Of a stretch of 12,754 bases of DNA, positions 7,808-12,692 are shown piece by piece. Within the stretch, counting starts at the first letter, position 1; each line of letters starts with the position of its first letter. The stretch lies in the IMG/VR virus record IMGVR_UViG_3300023291_000078; one strand, written 5' to 3'. The notes below the pieces were generated by a model. It was not told where the DNA came from and searched no databases. It saw only the letters and a program-made list of their open reading frames with translations. This DNA is from a virus. Made by a program: the position numbers and the translations under genes.

Positions 7808-7996
7808 TCAATGAATCGTCTTTTTACTCAGCGTGACTAGGATCAAATCAAGAAGAATAGAAGGGCTTTTGTTTTGTTGTAGTGCTAGTGAATCCAAATA
7901 CGTTAGGGCTTCTGGTGTTAAGTAGAAACGACGACGAATTAGGTTTTTGTTTTGGTGTACTTCTGGTGCGTCTTGCACCAATGTTAGTTTAGTCAT
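7808..7996 (-). CDS. Ribbon-helix-helix (Arc/CopG/MetJ-type) transcriptional regulator candidate
   Basis: 62 aa from the ATG at 7996, with a GAGG SD 6 nt upstream; the track's TTG at 8008 would add 4 aa. The layout is a basic beta-strand (RRRFYLTPE) followed by two short helices (ALTYLDSLALQQ, SPSILLDLILVTL). It is the first gene of the long minus-strand operon, next to the divergent promoter region. Confidence 0.6.
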   Translation of the reverse strand: MTKLTLVQDAPEVHQNKNLIRRRFYLTPEALTYLDSLALQQNKSPSILLDLILVTLSKKTIH

Positions 7997-8008
7997 ACAA
8001 TGCCTCAA

Positions 8009-8328
8009 GTGGTTAAATTAAAAATCATATATTTTCTTTGCTCTCTCACTGTATTATACTACTATTTTTGTTGATTTGTATATAGCAAACAGTAAATAAT
8101 AGCATATATTTGTATATAATTGTGTATATCCGACGAATGGTAGTGACAATAAGAGAATCAAGTATAAAAACTTACCTTCCTTACAACATTATACCATGTA
8201 AATACAAGTCTGTCTACAACTATTTGTGTTTTGAAAGTAAAAATAACATGAAAATAGAGCTTGCATGGTAGTGGTATCGGCGTTACACTGCTTACCATAC
8301 AGACAGCAAGCCTATAGAGGTGTTTGAA
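8009..8328. promoter_or_regulatory. AT-rich divergent promoter/operator region between the RHH gene and the plus-strand cassette
   Basis: There is a perfect minus-strand -10 TATAAT (complement of 8043-8048). A plus-strand candidate has TTGATT (8061-8066), an 18-bp spacer and AATAAT (8085-8090), and a second TATAAT lies at 8105-8110. The direct repeat ATTTGTATATA occurs at 8064-8074 and 8098-8108, with a variant ATTGTGTATAT at 8109-8119, overlapping the promoter elements. Confidence 0.5.
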
Positions 8329-8607
8329 ATGGAACATGTAGCCACAGTTAGCCAAATGCGTGCAATCCTTGACTCTACCGCTGGTAAAGTATTCAGCGTA
8401 TCGTTTGTCAAGAAAGACGGTAGCGTTCGTGACATGGTATGCAGGAACGAAGTTAGTAAGGGTACAAGCGGTGGTGTAGCTGGTCATGCACACAAAGAAG
8501 AGCTTTACACTGTGTGGGATATGCAAGCTGCTGGCTTTCGCTGTGTGAACCTTACCACTGTGAAACGTATTAAGTGTGGTGAACTCAACAAGGAGTGGTA
8601 TGTATGA
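8329..8607 (+). CDS. SH3 beta-barrel / DUF2693 (WYL_2)-like small phage protein
   Basis: 92 aa from the ATG at 8329, with an AGAGGTG SD 6 nt upstream; the track starts at GTG 8320. The pattern VFSVSFVKKDGSVRDMVCR...LYTVWDMQAAGFRCVNLTTVKRI matches my memory of the FxKKDGxxRxMxC...VWD...FRxxxLxxV signature of this family. No search was run. Confidence 0.6.
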   Translation: MEHVATVSQMRAILDSTAGKVFSVSFVKKDGSVRDMVCRNEVSKGTSGGVAGHAHKEELYTVWDMQAAGFRCVNLTTVKRIKCGELNKEWYV

Positions 8608-8747
8608 AAGCCTTTCAACTATTTGTAGAACAAGACACACCTAACAGCTACCTTGTATTGTGGTTGAATAACCCTACCATTGTGCAAGAGATACAGAGAG
8701 CGGCTAAAGAGTGGGGTAAACGTACCTTTGTTATCCCAACCCTCTAA
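8604..8747 (+). CDS. 47-aa hypothetical protein, translationally coupled to the preceding gene
   Basis: ATGA overlap at 8604-8607. Translation: MKAFQLFVEQDTPNSYLVLWLNNPTIVQEIQRAAKEWGKRTFVIPTL, with a TAA stop at 8745-8747. A terminator follows. Confidence 0.5.
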   Translation: MKAFQLFVEQDTPNSYLVLWLNNPTIVQEIQRAAKEWGKRTFVIPTL

Positions 8748-8772
8748 CACCGCCTACAAGTTGTAACACTTC

Positions 8773-8797
8773 GCCCCTTTCCCCGAGGGGCTTTTTT
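8773..8797 (+). terminator. Rho-independent terminator ending the plus-strand cassette, at the convergence point with the lysis operon
   Basis: The stem pairs GCCCC (8773-8777) with GGGGC (8787-8791) around a 9-nt loop, followed by TTTTTT (8792-8797). Confidence 0.75.
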
Positions 8798-8805
8798 ATA
8801 CCCGT

Positions 8806-9027
8806 TTATTTAAACTTCTGTAATTGAGCGTTACCCTTCCTTACTTCCAATGTGAGGCTAATGTAACATTGTGCTAGCTCTGTCTCGCTATAGTCACTCA
8901 AAGGGCACTCAGCTAGCGCCTGTACGTCATAAACTGGACATACAGACTCACTTACCATTGAAGTCTTTGAGCACCCTAGCAACAGGCTCAGACAGAGAGT
9001 TATTAACCCCGTTCTTACTACGTTCAT
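8806..9027 (-). CDS. o-spanin (outer-membrane lipoprotein spanin subunit)
   Basis: 73 aa from the ATG at 9027; the track's TTG at 9033 would add 2 aa. It has a signal sequence with a lipobox (LSLLLG-C), and the small mature part carries 3 further Cys residues. It starts inside the 3' end of the i-spanin gene in another frame. Confidence 0.8.
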   Translation of the reverse strand: MNVVRTGLITLCLSLLLGCSKTSMVSESVCPVYDVQALAECPLSDYSETELAQCYISLTLEVRKGNAQLQKFK

Positions 9028-9355
9028 TTGCAATGCCCTTTAGTGTGAGTGAATAGCCGTCTAACTCTTTCTTAAACTTAGCTGTCATTGTATCTAGTTC
9101 TTTATTCCAGTCTTTACGCTGTTGCTCATACAGTTTCATTTGCTCAATATTGTATTGTGCAGACTCTAACTTTGATTGTGTTACAGCTAGCTCCCAATTG
9201 GCGTTAGAAAGGTCATTAGTTAAGGCAGTATATGAGTATAGAAACCACAATAAGGCTAAACCCAAGCTACCCCACAGCACACCTTTAAACGTTACATTAC
9301 TTACTATAAACTTCCACATATTCCCATATCCTTTTAACATAGGTTGTTGTTTCAA
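8948..9355 (-). CDS. i-spanin (inner-membrane spanin subunit)
   Basis: It has an N-terminal TMD (GVLWGSLGLALLWFLYSYTAL) followed by a coiled-coil periplasmic domain (ELAVTQSKLESAQYNIEQMKLYEQQRKDWNKELD). The start is ambiguous: TTG 9355, ATG 9340, or ATG 9319, the last with an AAGGA SD 9 nt upstream. It lies directly downstream of the endolysin. Confidence 0.75.
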   Translation of the reverse strand: MKQQPMLKGYGNMWKFIVSNVTFKGVLWGSLGLALLWFLYSYTALTNDLSNANWELAVTQSKLESAQYNIEQMKLYEQQRKDWNKELDTMTAKFKKELDGYSLTLKGIANERSKNGVNNSLSEPVARVLKDFNGK

Positions 9356-9869
9356 TCGAGTGGTGTCCTGTGACTAAAGGGAGTGCCTTTGCCATTGGAG
9401 AATAAAGAAGGCTGTTCCCTCCTTTTGCTTGTGCCTTTAGAATGTTTCCTAATCCGGCATTGTATGAGGCTAGTGCTAAAGAGTGTCTATCAACTTCTGG
9501 TCTAGGCTTCTTAAACTGTGACCGTAGGTAGTTCATGTAATAAGCATGAGCTTGAATGTTGTATTGGCTAGTGTAAGCACTTGCATTAGCTGGTAAGCCT
9601 AATTCCTTCCTAACTTGACTCCAAGTATCGGGCATGAACTGACCTAGCCCCATAGCCCCTACAGGTGACGTTGCATTAGTGTTTAATCGACTCTCAGCTA
9701 CTAATTGAGCCTTAGCCCATATCCAAGGTACAGAGGGGTTATAGAAGGCGTTCCATTTGGCTATTTGACCGTCATAAATGGCATTCCTTAGAGCGTTTGC
9801 CTGTGAAGGTAAGCACACACCAAGGGTAAGCAATAGAACGCCTAGAACTACACAATAAATGCGACACAT
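9297..9869 (-). CDS. Endolysin: lytic transglycosylase (SLT family) with an N-terminal signal or signal-anchor sequence
   Basis: It carries the SLT signature AESRLNTNATSPVGAMGLGQFMPDTW (catalytic Glu in AES) and ASYNAG. The N-terminus MCRIYCVVLGVLLLTLGVCLPSQANA-L looks like a Sec signal peptide or SAR domain. Confidence 0.9.
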   Translation of the reverse strand: MCRIYCVVLGVLLLTLGVCLPSQANALRNAIYDGQIAKWNAFYNPSVPWIWAKAQLVAESRLNTNATSPVGAMGLGQFMPDTWSQVRKELGLPANASAYTSQYNIQAHAYYMNYLRSQFKKPRPEVDRHSLALASYNAGLGNILKAQAKGGNSLLYSPMAKALPLVTGHHSIETTTYVKRIWEYVEVYSK

Positions 9870-10081
9870 ATAATCAATCCAATAGCAATAGAAGTACCAA
9901 GGAAGCGTAAGCCATAATAATGACTCATAGCTTTAGGACATTGCTCGATCTTATCAAAGGCTTTCTTAAAGTCTACGTCTAGAAGTTTGTCAAATACCCT
10001 CAATAAGAGGAACTGACAGAGTAGGAATAGGCAGAATGCAACTAATCCCATACCAAGTTTAATCATAAATAGAGTAATCAT
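9848..10081 (-). CDS. Holin candidate (two transmembrane domains, pinholin-like size)
   Basis: 77 aa with TMDs at about residues 5-28 and 55-77. It is immediately upstream of the endolysin and overlaps it by 22 nt. The call is positional plus topology. Confidence 0.65.
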   Translation of the reverse strand: MITLFMIKLGMGLVAFCLFLLCQFLLLRVFDKLLDVDFKKAFDKIEQCPKAMSHYYGLRFLGTSIAIGLIICVAFIV

Positions 10082-10111
10082 ATTACATATACCTTTATTA
10101 GTTGGTTAATA

Positions 10112-10121
10112 ATTGATCAAT
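10112..10121. promoter_or_regulatory. Perfect 10-bp palindrome ATTGATCAAT, 31-40 nt upstream of the holin start
   Basis: Self-complementary by inspection and contains a GATC. It lies between ATTCTATCAAT (10125-10135) and the holin SD region. Confidence 0.35.
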
Positions 10122-10282
10122 AGTAATTCTATCAATACATTTGTGTGGTGTGAATGAGGGTAACACCTGCCAAACCCTTGTGTTACTTGGGGTAGCAAGT
10201 GTAAGTTGTCTATACAAGCTGTTGTTACGTTGGCCCGATCATAAATTTTTGCTATTGTCAAGCCCTTTTTCAATATATTTTA

Positions 10283-10432
10283 CCTATAGCTGACGAACGG
10301 TCACTAGCACAGGTCACTCACCAAGTCCAATGAATAATATCTATCAGGATACTCACACCAATAGACATAGCCTATATGTGAGCCTATAGAGAATACCTAT
10401 CACAGTACCTTAGTCCATTGTATTTACCTATA
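10283..10432 (+). repeat. Cluster of same-orientation CCTAT-core direct repeats (iteron-like)
   Basis: CCTATA occurs at 10283, 10371, 10383 and 10427, and CCTATC at 10396. Three copies are spaced 12-13 bp apart (AGCCTATATGTG / AGCCTATAGAGAAT / ACCTATCACAG). Related CTATCA copies are at 10127, 10341, 10634 and 10680. Confidence 0.55.
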
Positions 10433-10434
10433 AG

Positions 10435-10474
10435 GCTAGCTAGCACAATGTAGTGAGGAGGTCAAGCATTGACC
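10435..10474. promoter_or_regulatory. Two adjacent palindromic operator-like sites: GCTAGCTAGC and GGTCAA-GCA-TTGACC
   Basis: GCTAGCTAGC (10435-10444) is a perfect 10-bp palindrome. GGTCAAGCATTGACC (10460-10474) is a perfect 6-3-6 inverted repeat. Confidence 0.4.
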
Positions 10475-10946
10475 GACGAATGGTTACTACTAAATATATA
10501 CACTTGACATACCTAGTAGAGTGTGCATACCCCACCCCCTGCCCCTTCCTGTTCGTATAATAAAGAGAATATGTTAAATTGCTCTTACTCTCTCACTCAT
10601 ACTTTTAGTGTGTTGTCAATACATTGTATATTTCTATCAGCTTCCCTCTGTCCATAGTCTGTCTCTTCATTAGATTATTCTATCAATCTTCTGTGTCAAA
10701 TGAATATAAACAATTGGACAAGCTGGCGGATATCCTGTAAAATAATAGTTGACGCCCCTCTTAAAAGCATAGTCCCATATAAACATATGAGCTACTTGAC
10801 TTTCCTCCCCATTTAGTCTACTCACCCCTTCAAAACAGGCTACTTAATAGAGTGGCTATATCTCCCCGATATAATGTAACACCCGACAGGTCAAGGCCGC
10901 ATAGGCCGCTTCCCCTTTGTTCTTCTTGTAAGTGTTACCTAAAGAA

Positions 10947-11177
10947 TCACGGAATAATACGTGTCTCTAGTTTGCTTTTAATTATCTCAACGTCTGTTCT
11001 CAGGGTACTTAGGGTGTTATAAATATCCCCCAGAACGTCAAGCTTTGTTTCCACCTTAGTTAGTCGTGTATCAACTTCTTCTAACTTCTTGAATCTGTCC
11101 CTAACTAGCCAGCCTATGAAAGCACACATACCCACTAGTATTACACCGACAAGAAATATAACTCCTTCAAGTCCCAT
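10947..11177 (-). CDS. 76-aa membrane-anchored coiled-coil protein (function unknown)
   Basis: A strong AAGGAG SD lies 8 nt upstream of the ATG and overlaps the fibre stop codon. It has an N-terminal TMD (VIFLVGVILVGMCAFIGWLV) followed by heptad-like KKLEEVDTRLTKVETKLDVLGDIYNTLSTLRTDVEIIKSKLE. Confidence 0.7.
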   Translation of the reverse strand: MGLEGVIFLVGVILVGMCAFIGWLVRDRFKKLEEVDTRLTKVETKLDVLGDIYNTLSTLRTDVEIIKSKLETRIIP

Positions 11178-11189
11178 GTTAGTATCTCC

Positions 11190-12692
11190 TTATACTGGCA
11201 ACCAAGTACCGTCTGAAGTTTTAAACACATACATTTGACCAGCAGTAGTAGTACCTTGAATGTATGCAGTTGCACGGTTCTGGAAGTTACCCGCTGCAAT
11301 CTCACCTCTGTCTACAGTGATAAAACCAATACCACCAGCCAATGCACCAGAAGCAAAGTCAGCACTACGGAAGCAGTAACGACCAGCAGGAATACCCATA
11401 AGTGTAGAACCAGAAGCAAACAATCCACTACCAGTTGCAGTACCAGCAGCGTTAGCACAATCACCAATCCATATTGCTTCCATTGGATTCAAGTTAGGCC
11501 AGTTAGTAACAGAAACCCCTTTGTATCGGAAGGCAATAGTGGGGTGTCCAACACCAGAACTAGAAATAGGACGCCAAGTAACAGTGCTACCTGTGATAGT
11601 CCAAACATACTCATTTACTGGAGTGGTAAAGGTAGTTACAACAGCGGTTTGAGTAGTAGCATTCAGTTTCTTAACTTCTACGTTACCAGCAAGTGCAGAA
11701 AAAGGAGTACCAGAAAACGCACCAGCAGGGAACCAGTAGTTACCAATGGGTAAAGCGTTAACACCGCTCTGTGTGTTGAAAAGTGCCGCACCTTCTACAT
11801 AATCACCCTCAACATATTGACCAAAGCGGCTAAGTTGTGCAGCTTCATTAGGGTTAGCAACAGGCCAAGCTGTAATGTTAACAGCACCACTACCGGGATT
11901 ATAACCAACGCTAGGAATTGGATAACCAGCAGTAGAAGCGGGAGCACTACCCCAAGTACCATTACCAAGCAGCACAGTAGTAGCAGAAGGCGTACCAGTA
12001 CCCAAACGTGCAACAGGTACTTGACCACTTGCAATATCAGCACCTTCTAAAGTTACAACACCAGTCTTACCAGCAACAGAACGTACAGGGGCAGTTGCAG
12101 CAGTTACAAACCCAGCACCGTTAGTAAGTTGGATAGTGGTAGTTCGTATTACAGTGTTACCAGCAAGAGCTTGGTTAGCAGCAGTACCAATAATAGGAGC
12201 AAAGGTAGTTGGTTTGTCTGTTACTTCTGACCATGCTGGAACATACGAACTAGGTTTAGCTCCTACGTCAGCAGCAGCCAGGACAACAACACCAGTTTGA
12301 CCATTTACGCTATCAACTGCACCACCACCCCCACCGCCTGTTACAACAACCCAATCCCCGTTATTACGACCATAAGTTTGACTGTCTTCTGGGGCTTCTT
12401 GAATGATTACAGCGTTTTCAAGTTCAGTTACAAGGGCTTGAGCTTGAGAAGCAGAGGTAGCAGCATTCCCAGCTTGTGTAGAGGCCAAAGCTACTTGATC
12501 TTGTGCAAGGGTTACTTGTCCAGCAGCGTTAACAGCAGCAGCCTCAGCGTTAGCCTCAGCCAGTTGTGCAGCAGCTACAGATTCAGCTACGTTAGTAGTA
12601 CCTTCTGAAATAGTTGCTACGTCTTGTTCCAGTGTATTTGTTGCAGTGGTAATACGCACAATCAGCGCGTCAAAGTCAGCATTAGTAGCCAT
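11190..12692 (-). CDS. Tail fibre / receptor-binding protein
   Basis: 500 aa. It has an Ala/Gln-rich N-terminal coiled coil and a QEAPEDSQTYGRNNGDWVVV motif (the EAPxDxxxYxRxNGxW fibre signature). After a poly-Gly hinge there are two SV(N/A)G(Q/K)TGVVxLxxAD repeats, then LLGNGTWG. The C-terminal domain is tandemly duplicated. Confidence 0.9.
   Translation of the reverse strand: MATNADFDALIVRITTATNTLEQDVATISEGTTNVAESVAAAQLAEANAEAAAVNAAGQVTLAQDQVALASTQAGNAATSASQAQALVTELENAVIIQEAPEDSQTYGRNNGDWVVVTGGGGGGAVDSVNGQTGVVVLAAADVGAKPSSYVPAWSEVTDKPTTFAPIIGTAANQALAGNTVIRTTTIQLTNGAGFVTAATAPVRSVAGKTGVVTLEGADIASGQVPVARLGTGTPSATTVLLGNGTWGSAPASTAGYPIPSVGYNPGSGAVNITAWPVANPNEAAQLSRFGQYVEGDYVEGAALFNTQSGVNALPIGNYWFPAGAFSGTPFSALAGNVEVKKLNATTQTAVVTTFTTPVNEYVWTITGSTVTWRPISSSGVGHPTIAFRYKGVSVTNWPNLNPMEAIWIGDCANAAGTATGSGLFASGSTLMGIPAGRYCFRSADFASGALAGGIGFITVDRGEIAAGNFQNRATAYIQGTTTAGQMYVFKTSDGTWLPV

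Larger units (their letters stand above)
10082..10946. other. 865-bp ORF-free, motif-dense non-coding block; candidate origin / packaging / regulatory or ncRNA region
   Basis: No ORF longer than 38 codons on either strand, and none has a credible SD. TAA, TAG and TGA stops occur in all frames. It contains repeat clusters, palindromes and C4 runs (see the separate features and findings). Confidence 0.8.

Noticed and set aside
7794-7822. Promoter between the RHH and 296-aa genes (minus-strand TATAAT, complement of 7794-7799)
   Set aside because: The -10 is perfect, but the best -35 is AAGACG (3/6), and the site lies in a generic TATATATAA run. The evidence is too weak to list as a feature.
8192-8298. 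Mutually exclusive pairings TACCATG (8192-8198) / CATGGTA (8264-8270) / TACCAT (8293-8298) in the plus-strand leader, read as an attenuator or riboswitch
   Set aside because: The stems are only 6-7 bp and AT-rich. No terminator hairpin or U-tract lies in the leader, and such short complementarities are expected by chance.
8158-8640. 160-aa minus-strand ORF overlapping the plus-strand cassette
   Set aside because: The translation looks like junk (Cys/His/Phe-rich), and it runs through the AT-rich promoter region. The opposite-strand ORFs have SDs, ATGA coupling, a family-like motif and a terminator.
10530-10550. G-quadruplex on the minus strand (GGAAGGGGCAGGGGGTGGGG)
   Set aside because: There are only three runs of three or more G plus a GG, so at best this is a two-tetrad or bulged structure. 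That is not enough to call.
10469-10801. The nine TTGAC(A/C/G/T) boxes as a bank of sigma70 promoters
   Set aside because: None has an acceptable -10 hexamer at 16-19 bp. Two have TATGA(T/G) at only 12 bp, and the best is TTGACA-16-TAATCT (complement of 10672-10699). The enrichment is not significant after multiple-testing correction, so I keep it only as a motif observation.
10082-10946. A hidden gene using a reassigned stop codon, a CRISPR array, or a tRNA/tmRNA in the non-coding block
   Set aside because: TAA, TAG and TGA all interrupt every frame. There are no regularly spaced 25-40 bp repeats, and I could find no GTTCRANNC T-arm with flanking stems on either strand.
11193-11927. Fibre C-terminal repeats as the template/variable repeats of a diversity-generating retroelement
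   Set aside because: The genome has no reverse transcriptase. The two copies are diverged at the protein level throughout, rather than differing at adenine-templated positions of a near-identical nucleotide repeat.
11795-12043. 82-aa extremely hydrophobic alternative-frame ORF inside the fibre gene, and antisense ORFs at 11235-11753, 11817-12050 and 12297-12608
   Set aside because: These arise from the repetitive GTT/GCA/ACC-rich codons of the fibre gene. They have no independent translation signals.
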